A stretch of 42,792 bases of DNA from a virus (Duplodnaviria; Caudoviricetes), in IMG/VR virus record IMGVR_UViG_3300038393_003169, positions 1 through 42,792 of that record; one strand, written 5' to 3'. The notes below the pieces were generated by a model, which saw only the letters and a list, made by a program, of their open reading frames with translations, did no database searches and was not told where the DNA came from. The position numbers and the translations under genes were made by a program. Each line of letters opens with the position of its first letter. Within the stretch, counting starts at the first letter, position 1. This document shows, piece by piece, positions 1 to 7,371 of the stretch.

Positions 1-44
1 TCATAACCCGAAGGTCGCAGGTTCGAATCCTGCCCCCGCTACCA
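1..44 (+). tRNA. 3' half of initiator tRNA-Met(CAT), probable att site; 5' half would lie outside the window
   Basis: TCATAACCCGAAGGTCGCAGGTTCGAATCCTGCCCCCGCTACCA: CAT anticodon at 2-4, T-arm GCAGG-TTCGAAT-CCTGC, acceptor strand ending CCA; matches bacterial tRNA-fMet 3' half. Confidence 0.92.
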
Positions 45-1551
45 CGTTTATATGCTTTTCCGATCCGGCGATCTCTGCGAAGAGGTCGCCGTTTTCGTTT
101 TGCACGACCGGAATCTTGTCGCCCAGCAGGTCGCGAAGCGCAGTGCGAGCGGCGGGCAGGTCTCGGGCGTGGTCGGCCAGGTGGTCGACGATGCGGCGCC
201 ATACTTCGCGAGCGCGCGGCAGGAACTGGGCGGGCTGGTAGTTGCGCAGCTGCGCGAGCTCGGCCTTGGCGGTGGCGACGTCACGCTCTGCCGCGAGCAG
301 CTCGGCCTTCGTGCTCGCGGTGATGATGCCGGCCTTGATGGCGGTCATCAGGTTCGCTTGCACGCGCTCGGCGTCGGCCAGGCGCCGGCGGGCACCAGCT
401 TCGTCCGGCGCGGCGCTCTTGAGGGCAGCGGCGGCTGCGCGTTGGAACTGTTGGAAAGCGGCCTCGCTCAGCAGATCGCGCTGGATGGTGGTCAGCAGCG
501 CCGCATCGGTGCGTTTGATCTGCAGGCGGATCCGCGAGGGGCAGGCAGCGTCGCCTCGGTCCTTGTGCCTGGCGCATCCGTAGTAGCGATCGATGACCAC
601 CAGCGGGCCGCCACAGTGGCCGCAGCGCAGGATGCCGCTGAGCAGGTAGCGTGAGGGGCGACCCGGGCCGCCACGCTTGTCAGTGCCGGTGCGCTTCACC
701 GCCGCACCGCGCATGCGCGCCTGGGCGGCGTCCCACGTCGCCTGGTCGATGATGGCCAGCTCCGGCACGTCGGTGATGATCCATTCGCTCTCTGGGCGGT
801 CCTGCCGCACGCGGCGGCCGGTTTCCGGGTGCTTCACCCAGTGGCTCTTGTTCCAGATCTGGCGTCCCACGTAAATCGGGTTGGCGAGGATGCCGATGCC
901 GCGGCGCTGGTCGGGGTACACAGCGGTCATCGACCAGGTGCCGCCGCGCGTGGCGGCAATGCGGTCGCGGTTGAGGTTCGCCACGATCTGGCGCGGGCTG
1001 CTGCCTGCGATGTATTCGGCGAAGATCCGGCGCACGATGGCCCCTTGGGCTTCGTCGATCGCACGCTGGCCCACTTCCGTGACGCGGTACCCGTAGGGCA
1101 GGCCGCCGGCGCTGGCGCCCGCGAGCGCGCGCCCAGTGAGCCCGCGGTGCGTTTTCTCCGCGAGGTCGTCCAGGTACAGCTCGGACATAAGCCCGCGCAG
1201 GCCCACGTCTGCCTTGTGGTTCTTGCGCGCGGTGTCCACGCCGTCGCTGACGCCGATGAGGCGCACGCCGGCGAAGGTGAGGCGCTTGACCGCGCGGTGG
1301 CATTCGGCCTGGTCGCGGGACAGGCGCGAAATATCGTCCACCAGCACGACGTCGAAGGCGTCGGCCTGGTCGAGCAGCTGCAGGTAGCTCACGCGATCGC
1401 CACGCGAGCCGCTCACCGCAGCATCGGTGAACACCACGGGCGCTGGCCAGCCCTGCCGCTGGCAGTAGGCGCGGCAGTTGCGCAGCTGGTCGTCCAGGCT
1501 GGCGTCGCGCTGGTTGTCGCTCGAGTAGCGAGCGTAGGCGGCAGTTCGCAT
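1..1551 (-). CDS. Large serine recombinase (integrase)
   Basis: YARYSS catalytic Ser motif, DDISRLSR, recombinase domain (LPYGYR, ILANPIYVG), zinc ribbon LLSGILRCGHCG, coiled coil. Confidence 0.96.
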   Translation of the reverse strand: MRTAAYARYSSDNQRDASLDDQLRNCRAYCQRQGWPAPVVFTDAAVSGSRGDRVSYLQLLDQADAFDVVLVDDISRLSRDQAECHRAVKRLTFAGVRLIGVSDGVDTARKNHKADVGLRGLMSELYLDDLAEKTHRGLTGRALAGASAGGLPYGYRVTEVGQRAIDEAQGAIVRRIFAEYIAGSSPRQIVANLNRDRIAATRGGTWSMTAVYPDQRRGIGILANPIYVGRQIWNKSHWVKHPETGRRVRQDRPESEWIITDVPELAIIDQATWDAAQARMRGAAVKRTGTDKRGGPGRPSRYLLSGILRCGHCGGPLVVIDRYYGCARHKDRGDAACPSRIRLQIKRTDAALLTTIQRDLLSEAAFQQFQRAAAAALKSAAPDEAGARRRLADAERVQANLMTAIKAGIITASTKAELLAAERDVATAKAELAQLRNYQPAQFLPRAREVWRRIVDHLADHARDLPAARTALRDLLGDKIPVVQNENGDLFAEIAGSEKHINVVAGAGFEPATFGL

Positions 1552-1560
1552 CGCGTGGAT

Positions 1561-1719
1561 TTACGCAGCCTTGTGAATTTGGTGCAACGGGACGTGATCC
1601 GAGCGCTTGCCGGGCTCATCCTCGTTTGATGCGGTTTTGGCCGTCAGATATTCGTCGGCGGCCTGGCGGGCAAGGGCTTCGATCAGCGGCGCGAGGGCAG
1701 GGTGCAAGGTATCAGCCAC
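1561..1719 (-). CDS. 52-aa protein not in the ORF track (MADTLHPALAPLIEALARQAADEYL...KAA); candidate recombination directionality factor
   Basis: GTG start with GGAGG RBS, overlaps the stop of the upstream gene and ends 10 bp before the integrase ATG; function is positional inference. Confidence 0.65.
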   Translation of the reverse strand: MADTLHPALAPLIEALARQAADEYLTAKTASNEDEPGKRSDHVPLHQIHKAA

Positions 1720-2482
1720 GGGTAGCCTCCACGCGACGGAAAGCCACGACCCAAACCCACGGGTTCGCGTCCCAACTGCCGGCGCCGTTGATCGACTCGA
1801 ACAGTCGACGGAACGCCTGCCGCGCGGAGACGTTGCCGCCCGCAGCTACGGGCCCGGTTGGGTCGCTTTCGAGCTGCTCCGGGATGAAGTATTCCCGTGT
1901 GCCGTCGTAGTTGAAGGCAGCGGCGCCTTCGCGCGTGATGAAGCCCTCGGCGAGCACGTCCGCCTCGCTGATGTCCTGCAGGCGCTCCACGCGCACGCCG
2001 GTCACCTCCAAGGTGAGGCGACTGGCCCAGCGGGGCATGAAAAGCGGCGTTACGTCGCCACGGTCGGCGGCCTTGGGCAGCGTCCAATCCGGGCTGGCTT
2101 CGTTGATCGTTGCGTCGTGGAAGTAGCGCTTTTCTCCGTCGGCGCGGTATTCGATCTCGACGTCGCCGCAGTCGCAGGCATCCAGCGCGCAGCTGTGGGC
2201 GACGTAGGGGCGCCAGCGTTCTTTCACCCACAGACGGTCGCCGGCCCGACCGTAGGGGCACAGATAGCCAAGGCCGGGTGTTGCCAGCGCACGAGGGAAG
2301 CCTTCAGCGAACGGATGCCAGGCGACGTTTTGCTCGGTGATCAACACGCCCTTGTGGCACCACTCCATCCAACGGCCCTTCATCGTGGGCTGCGGCTTGA
2401 TCACCCGACGCGTCTGCGTCTTGCGGCCGTCGAGGATGGCGCGGACCATGGGCGCACTGAACAGGATCGGACGCTCACGCAT
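1712..2482 (-). CDS. ASCH/PUA-like conserved phage protein
   Basis: N-terminus MRERPILFSAPMVRAILDGRKTQTRR, CPYGxxGDRLWVKE, MPRWASRLTLEVTGVRVERLQDISEAD, WDANPWVWV. Confidence 0.8.
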   Translation of the reverse strand: MRERPILFSAPMVRAILDGRKTQTRRVIKPQPTMKGRWMEWCHKGVLITEQNVAWHPFAEGFPRALATPGLGYLCPYGRAGDRLWVKERWRPYVAHSCALDACDCGDVEIEYRADGEKRYFHDATINEASPDWTLPKAADRGDVTPLFMPRWASRLTLEVTGVRVERLQDISEADVLAEGFITREGAAAFNYDGTREYFIPEQLESDPTGPVAAGGNVSARQAFRRLFESINGAGSWDANPWVWVVAFRRVEATRG

Positions 2483-2966
2483 GGCAGGTCTCCTGGGGAG
2501 CATCGGCTTCGGTCGTGCTGAGCAGAGCGAGGCCGCCGCAAATGTCCAGGAGCATCATCGACATGTTCGCCACGTCGGCGGCGTGCTCACGGATGCCATC
2601 GGCGTCATCGTTCTTGACCGCCCTCTGGAGCTTCGCGGCGTGGTAGTAGATTTCCAGCATGCCAATGGCCGGCGTCATGGTCAGCCAGCCGGGACGGTCG
2701 CCCTTGCCAGAGTTTGCATGCAGCTCCTTTGCCATCTGGCGTGCGAACGGCACAAGGACATCGTCGTACTTGGCGTCGATCACCGCACCTGCGGAACGTG
2801 AAGCCACTGCCAATGCAACGGCGCGCACGCCGGCCTCGATCGAGGCGTCAAGTTGATGATTGGTAGGTTCGCCATCCATGCCGACCATTTGAGCCAAGGC
2901 CGCCACGCAGGTGACTTTGTACTTGCGTACCAGCGCGTCCATCTGCTCGTCCGAAAAAGAGTTCAT
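2475..2966 (-). CDS. Phage hypothetical protein, C-terminal half MazG/all-alpha NTP pyrophosphatase-like
   Basis: ATG overlaps RT stop (ATGA); motif FARQMAKEL..N.GKG..GW...REHAADVANMSMML; family call tentative. Confidence 0.6.
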   Translation of the reverse strand: MNSFSDEQMDALVRKYKVTCVAALAQMVGMDGEPTNHQLDASIEAGVRAVALAVASRSAGAVIDAKYDDVLVPFARQMAKELHANSGKGDRPGWLTMTPAIGMLEIYYHAAKLQRAVKNDDADGIREHAADVANMSMMLLDICGGLALLSTTEADAPQETCHA

Positions 2967-4321
2967 GCGTGCGTGGTCCTCACGGTGATGCGCTGACCGC
3001 TGAGTCGGTGGTGGAAGCGGCGGCGTGGGTTGGTGAGCGCGGCCAGCCAGGGGCGGCGGCGCAGGAGGCGTTGCTGCAGGCGCCAGCTGTTGGCGTGGGC
3101 GAAGTGGCCCTGGTAGCTGGCCCAGATGGCGTCGAGGCGCTGGAAGTCTTCGGGCGTGGCGCGGAAGCTGCTGCCGCTGGCGTGCGCCTGGTGCCACTGC
3201 TGCAGGCTATCGGCGGCATGGCGCAGCACGCGCGGGCGAACCCGGGTGTGCGTGGGATAGACCACGTAGCCGAGGAAGTCGATGCCGGCGGAGAGCGGGC
3301 GCAGGCGCTGGTCGGCCTTGAGGCCCAGGTGCAGCTCGCGGCCGAGGAAGCGCTCGATCTGCTGGCGCCACTGCTCGAGCTGGGCGCGGTCGCGGTGCAC
3401 CAGCACGAAGTCGTCGACGTAGCGCAGGTAGCGCTTCGCCTTGAGGGTGTGCTTGACGAAGTGGTCCAGCGCGTCGAGGTAGACGTTGGCGAAGAACTGC
3501 GAGGACAGATTACCGATCGGCAGGCCGCAGCCCGGCGGCGCATTCTCCAGGCGCTTGTGCGGCGGCACCAGCGCGCGCTGGTCGGGCGGGGCACGATGGA
3601 TGACGCCCTGGCGCTGCACCGGGTGGCGCAGCAGGGCATGCACGGTGCGCAGTGCCACCTCGCCCAGCCCCGCGCGCGTGAGGCGCGCCTTGAGCATGCG
3701 GTAGAGCGTGGGGCGGTGGATCGAGTTGAAGAAGTTGTGCACGTCCAGCTGCAGGTACCAGCCGCCGCGCTGGCCGCTGTGCACCTGGCGCACGTACTGC
3801 TTGAGGCGCCGCACGGCGGCATGGGTGCCCTTGCCTTTGCGGTTGGCATAGCTGTCGTGGATGAATCCCGGTTCCCAGATGGCTTCCAGCTGCGGCACCA
3901 GCCAGTGGTGCACCACGCGGTCGCCGAAGTCGGGGGCGTGGATCTCGCGTGCCTTGGGGCGGGTGGCCACGAAGCAGGTGGTGGGCGCCGGCGACCAGGT
4001 TCCGGCGTTCAGGCGCTCCTGCAGGTCGAGCAGGCGATCGATGGAGCGCAGTTCGAAGGCCAGCTGGTTGGCGCTGGGCCGTTTCTTGCGGCGGGCTGCC
4101 TGCCACGCCTGGTACAACGCCCGCAGGCTCACTTCACCCTGACACTCACCGGCCGGCGACGACACGCCACGCACAGCCCGGACGAACGCCCGGTTGTTGC
4201 GGTTGTTGTTGTTCACGTTGCCGTTGTTGAAGTTGACGATCCACGCGCAGCCCGAAGACCACGCCTCCCCGCGCACTTGCGACCCGGCCGTGCATCCATG
4301 CGGGTAGCGCGGCGTCGTCAT
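2963..4321 (-). CDS. brt: DGR reverse transcriptase; N-terminus includes the template repeat (alternative GTG start at 4132)
   Basis: KAREIHAPDFGDRVVHH, DSYANRKGKGTH, YLQLDVHNFFNSI, GLPIGNLSSQFFANVYL (DGR-type SQ motif), YLRYVDDF, GIDFLGY; adjacent avd and TR. Confidence 0.97.
   Translation of the reverse strand: MTTPRYPHGCTAGSQVRGEAWSSGCAWIVNFNNGNVNNNNRNNRAFVRAVRGVSSPAGECQGEVSLRALYQAWQAARRKKRPSANQLAFELRSIDRLLDLQERLNAGTWSPAPTTCFVATRPKAREIHAPDFGDRVVHHWLVPQLEAIWEPGFIHDSYANRKGKGTHAAVRRLKQYVRQVHSGQRGGWYLQLDVHNFFNSIHRPTLYRMLKARLTRAGLGEVALRTVHALLRHPVQRQGVIHRAPPDQRALVPPHKRLENAPPGCGLPIGNLSSQFFANVYLDALDHFVKHTLKAKRYLRYVDDFVLVHRDRAQLEQWRQQIERFLGRELHLGLKADQRLRPLSAGIDFLGYVVYPTHTRVRPRVLRHAADSLQQWHQAHASGSSFRATPEDFQRLDAIWASYQGHFAHANSWRLQQRLLRRRPWLAALTNPRRRFHHRLSGQRITVRTTHA
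4148..4265 (-). repeat. DGR template repeat (TR), 118 bp
   Basis: Reads AWSSGCAWIVNFNNGNVNNNNRNNRAFVRAVRGVSSPAG; 21 adenines, confined to ten AAC codons and one ATC; near-identical to 4786-4903 and 6397-6513. Confidence 0.98.
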
Positions 4322-4752
4322 CGATTGGCCTCATACGTCGAGGCGGCGTGGGTGCTCAGTGTCTTGGCACGCTGCCCGGGCGCTCGCGCCTGGGCATTCT
4401 GGCCTTGAGGGTGATGCTGCTTGTGCCAGCCGCCGACCTGACGCCCCATCGCGGCGGCGGCACGCGCCAAGGCTTCGAACTGGCCGAAGCTGGCGAACAC
4501 TCGCAACTGCTTGCCCAGCTGCAGGGCGAGCTTGAGCTCATCGACCTCCCACACCAGCCGCTCCAGCCAATGCGCTTGGTGCGCGCGGTCACGCGCAGCG
4601 CGGTTGGCGGTGGAGAACACGGCCCACGCGCACGCACGGAGCTTGGCCCCGTACGTATAGCGATAGTCGCGCTTGAACCGGGCCACGGCTTGCTCGATGT
4701 CTCGGGCAAGGCCTTCGGCTTGGCGCACGGCGGGTGGGAGTGTGAAGTTCAC
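4318..4752 (-). CDS. avd: DGR accessory variability determinant (Avd-like four-helix bundle)
   Basis: 144-aa basic helical protein between VR1 and TR/RT; RFKRDYRYTYGAKLR and GRQVGGWHK motifs. Confidence 0.9.
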   Translation of the reverse strand: MNFTLPPAVRQAEGLARDIEQAVARFKRDYRYTYGAKLRACAWAVFSTANRAARDRAHQAHWLERLVWEVDELKLALQLGKQLRVFASFGQFEALARAAAAMGRQVGGWHKQHHPQGQNAQARAPGQRAKTLSTHAASTYEANR

Positions 4753-4765
4753 GGTCGGGAACTCA

Positions 4766-4777
4766 GGCCAAGAGGCC
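4766..4777 (-). promoter_or_regulatory. Short hairpin (GGCC-TCTT-GGCC) 3' of VR1, candidate DGR target-recognition element
   Basis: Identical 12-mer at the same distance 3' of VR2 and absent 3' of TR; stem is only 4 bp. Confidence 0.6.
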
Positions 4778-4779
4778 GA

Positions 4780-5313
4780 TCACTGACCGGCCGGCGACGA
4801 CACGCCACGCACAGCCCGGACGAACGCCCGGTCGTGGCGGTTGCCGTAGTCCACGTAGCCGCCGTCGAAGTGGACGATCCACGCGCAGCCCGAAGACCAC
4901 GCCGTGGGCGTGCGGGTCCAGGTCCAGCCAGCGTTGCTCTTGAAGAACGCCGTGTCGATGCAGGGGTTATGGCGAGTCAAGTCGCGGAGGGATTCCAGCT
5001 CTTCCAGATCCGGGAGGCGCCAGTCTTCGAAGCCGCCAAGGCGAAGCTCGGCGCAATGCTTTTCGGCATCGGCGAACGTGAGTTCCTTCGCGCTTTCCTC
5101 GGCGGCCCACTGCAGGCCAGTCTTGTGGTCGGTGACGGTGGTGCCGTCGCTCGACCGTTCGAATCGCTCGGTGGTGTCGGCGGTGGCTGTGACGGTTTCG
5201 GCCTCGGTCGAGATCGCGCGTGCCAGCGCGTCCAGGCCCTGCATCGAGAACATTCGCGGCTGAGGTTGCAGGTTGATGGTGAGGCGCTCGATATGGATGG
5301 CAGGTGTGTTCAT
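4780..5313 (-). CDS. DGR target 1, DUF1566 (Lcl/C-type lectin-fold) protein, 177 aa
   Basis: VTDHKTGLQW, LGGFEDWRLPDLEELESL, IDTAFF, WTWTRT motifs; VR1 at C-terminus; AGGA RBS before ATG 5313. Confidence 0.92.
   Translation of the reverse strand: MNTPAIHIERLTINLQPQPRMFSMQGLDALARAISTEAETVTATADTTERFERSSDGTTVTDHKTGLQWAAEESAKELTFADAEKHCAELRLGGFEDWRLPDLEELESLRDLTRHNPCIDTAFFKSNAGWTWTRTPTAWSSGCAWIVHFDGGYVDYGNRHDRAFVRAVRGVSSPAGQ
4786..4903 (-). repeat. DGR variable repeat VR1
   Basis: 118-bp match to TR with 11 mismatches, all at TR adenines. Confidence 0.98.
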
Positions 5314-5326
5314 GGTTGCCCTGTTC

Positions 5327-5566
5327 CTATGGGTGGGAGCCGGCGGCGCCGGCGGGGTGTGAGTCGTCGTTGGGCACGCCGAGCGCGGCCCAGGTGACCG
5401 GCCGTTTGTTCCGGCGAAGGGCGTGCACGCGGGCGCGGGCCTTGTCCTGGTCGACGCCCATGCGCGCAGCAATCTCGGTATAGGTGTGCGCCTGGCCGCT
5501 AACGCGGACCAGGTGCGTTTGCTTGCGCCGCTGTTGCGGCGTGGTGGGATAGAGCTTCACGGGCAT
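5327..5566 (-). CDS. Small basic HTH-like protein
   Basis: GGAGG RBS; TYTEIAARMGVDQDKARARVHALRR resembles an HTH. Confidence 0.65.
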   Translation of the reverse strand: MPVKLYPTTPQQRRKQTHLVRVSGQAHTYTEIAARMGVDQDKARARVHALRRNKRPVTWAALGVPNDDSHPAGAAGSHP

Positions 5567-5874
5567 ACCGCCTCCATCGCCTCGGCGAGGGACTGCGCGG
5601 CGAAATCGAGGCGGGCGCGTTCCAGGTCGTCTTGGATTTCGCACCAGCCCACGCTCGGCCGCTTGCGGTAACGGGCGATGATCTGGTGAGGCACGACGCG
5701 CTCTATCGAGCGGGCAACAGGGTGCGAGGCCGGCTCGAGGTAGAGACACCCGTCGTCGCCGCGCCAGCACACATGGATGGTGCCCTCCGGCGCGAAGCGG
5801 ACGCGGTAGCGGATCGCCAACGCGAGCATGGGCAGATTGGCCGCGACGTGGCCGATGGGGCGAACCTCGCTCAT
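5557..5874 (-). CDS. Hypothetical protein
   Basis: Overlaps neighbours at both ends within the leftward operon. Confidence 0.7.
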   Translation of the reverse strand: MSEVRPIGHVAANLPMLALAIRYRVRFAPEGTIHVCWRGDDGCLYLEPASHPVARSIERVVPHQIIARYRKRPSVGWCEIQDDLERARLDFAAQSLAEAMEAVCP

Positions 5875-6149
5875 GCTGCTACCGCCTTCAAACGCGGCAT
5901 GACGGGTAGCATCAGCCCGGCCTGATCCCAGGCCATTTCGTTCAACAGGTCTAGCAGGCGTTGCTGGTCCCCATCGAAGATGGCTAAGCGGATGGCCTGC
6001 CAGCGTTCGGCGCAGGTTTGTTCGCGAGCGAGCGGGCCTGCCGCGCGGTAGAGCCCCACCTTGGCAAGGTCGGCGTCGCTGATGTCAAGAAGATCTTCGG
6101 CGTCGATGTCCACATCGACGTAGACGGTTTTTTCTACGGAGATTCCCAT
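5871..6149 (-). CDS. Hypothetical protein (MGISVEKTVYVDVDID...)
   Basis: GGGGA RBS; stop overlaps the next ATG. Confidence 0.72.
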   Translation of the reverse strand: MGISVEKTVYVDVDIDAEDLLDISDADLAKVGLYRAAGPLAREQTCAERWQAIRLAIFDGDQQRLLDLLNEMAWDQAGLMLPVMPRLKAVAA

Positions 6150-6162
6150 TGTTTTTCCCCTA

Positions 6163-6360
6163 TCAGGCGGGCTGCGAGGCGTTGGCCGGCAGGTCGGGAT
6201 AGCTGCCCCACGGGGCGTGCACTTCCTTCCAGACGCTGCCTGTGTGACCAACGCAATCGCGGCGCACGTAGCGGCACATCCGGCCGCCTTGCCAGATCTC
6301 GCGCTGGTTGGTGGCGCGGTTGTCGAAGACGCCTTCGAAGAGGTCGGGCGTTGTGGGCAT
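6163..6360 (-). CDS. Hypothetical protein (MPTTPDLFEGVFDNRAT...)
   Basis: GGGGGA RBS; fills the gap between target 2 and the next gene. Confidence 0.65.
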   Translation of the reverse strand: MPTTPDLFEGVFDNRATNQREIWQGGRMCRYVRRDCVGHTGSVWKEVHAPWGSYPDLPANASQPA

Positions 6361-6376
6361 GGCGTTCCCCCTGCCG

Positions 6377-6388
6377 GGCCAAGAGGCC
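6377..6388 (-). promoter_or_regulatory. Short hairpin (GGCC-TCTT-GGCC) 3' of VR2
   Basis: Same 12-mer and spacing as 4766-4777. Confidence 0.6.
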
Positions 6389-6390
6389 AA

Positions 6391-6825
6391 TCACTGACCG
6401 GCCGGCGACGACACGCCACGCACAGCCCGGACGAACGCCCGGCTGTTGCGGTTGCCGTAGCCCACGTGGCCGTAGTAGAAGGCGACGAGCCACGCGCAGC
6501 CCGAAGACCACGCGCTGATGGTGCTGCTCCAGTACCAGTCGCTCTTGCAACCGGGGAAGGCGTTGGTGTCGATCGCCGGTAACCTGCGGCTGTGGTCGAC
6601 CAGGCCGAACAGCTCCTGGATGGTGGGCAGGCGCCAGTCGTCGAAGCCAAGGAAGCGCTCGGCATTGAGGGCGGCGATCTTGGCCTCGGCATCAGCATGC
6701 GTGATCTCGCCCAGTTCGCCGGCGGTCCACATCAGCGCCGTGCGCGTGTCGACGACAGCGGCGTGGTTCTTGGCGTTGGCGCGGGCAGGCTTGCCGCTGG
6801 CGGCAATCTTGGAGAAGTGCGACAT
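6391..6825 (-). CDS. DGR target 2, DUF1566 (Lcl/C-type lectin-fold) protein, 144 aa
   Basis: VVDTRTALMW, LGFDDWRLPTIQELFGL, IDTNAFP, WYWSST motifs; VR2 at C-terminus; AAGGA RBS. Confidence 0.92.
   Translation of the reverse strand: MSHFSKIAASGKPARANAKNHAAVVDTRTALMWTAGELGEITHADAEAKIAALNAERFLGFDDWRLPTIQELFGLVDHSRRLPAIDTNAFPGCKSDWYWSSTISAWSSGCAWLVAFYYGHVGYGNRNSRAFVRAVRGVSSPAGQ
6397..6513 (-). repeat. DGR variable repeat VR2
   Basis: 117-bp match to TR with 12 mismatches, all at TR adenines. Confidence 0.98.
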
Positions 6826-7042
6826 GGTCAGTCCTTGTCGGTGGCGGCTTTGGCCGCGTGGAGTGCGCGCAGGCGCGGGTAGGCTGGACTCAACAGCGCC
6901 CTGCTGGCCGCAGGGGGACGGCCCACGCCGAGGGGTGGCGTGTGCAAGGCGCTGATGGGTGCCGCCTGTGGGGCTTCCGAGGCGGCGGCGGTGACTTCGG
7001 CGCACAGCGCGGCGCTGCCGTCCAGGTCGATGCACCAGGTGG

Positions 7043-7342
7043 TCACGGCTTGCACGTGGCCGGCCGTTCCGCCGGGCCCTTCCGGCCTTCGGCGATGGCC
7101 CCTTCGGACCAATCAAAGGCCGGGCGTTCCATGACCGGCGTCGTGTCCTTGACCTGCAAACGGTTCACGTCGAACCACTGCGAGTCGCGGATAGCGCCTG
7201 CTTCGCCGACGCCTGGATTGACGATGGCCTGGATGCACCCATACAGGTCGAAACTGATCGAGGTCACGACCCCGGCAAAGCCAGTCACGCGGTCTTCGAC
7301 GCGAAGGCCGAGCAGGTCGAGGTGCTGCTTCAAGTTCACCAT
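7043..7342 (-). CDS. Conserved phage hypothetical protein (small beta-rich)
   Basis: AGGAG RBS; LLGLRVEDRVTGFAGVVTS...LYGC...WFDVNRL pattern. Confidence 0.75.
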   Translation of the reverse strand: MVNLKQHLDLLGLRVEDRVTGFAGVVTSISFDLYGCIQAIVNPGVGEAGAIRDSQWFDVNRLQVKDTTPVMERPAFDWSEGAIAEGRKGPAERPATCKP

Positions 7343-7371
7343 TGGATTGCTCCTGTTGTGGATCGAGGTGG

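Noticed and set aside
2963-4321. RT as group II intron, retron or Abi-type RT
   Set aside because: No maturase or endonuclease domain; SQ motif, Avd and an adenine-specific TR/VR pair identify a DGR
2969-4408. 479-aa plus-strand ORF opposite the RT
   Set aside because: Antisense shadow of a high-GC gene; no motifs
4148-6513. The three ~118-bp repeats as a CRISPR array or simple duplication
   Set aside because: Too long, unevenly spaced, no cas genes; mismatches only at adenines
6828-7112. Ala/Pro-rich ORF between target 2 and 7043-7342
   Set aside because: Could be real but has no clear start, RBS or motif
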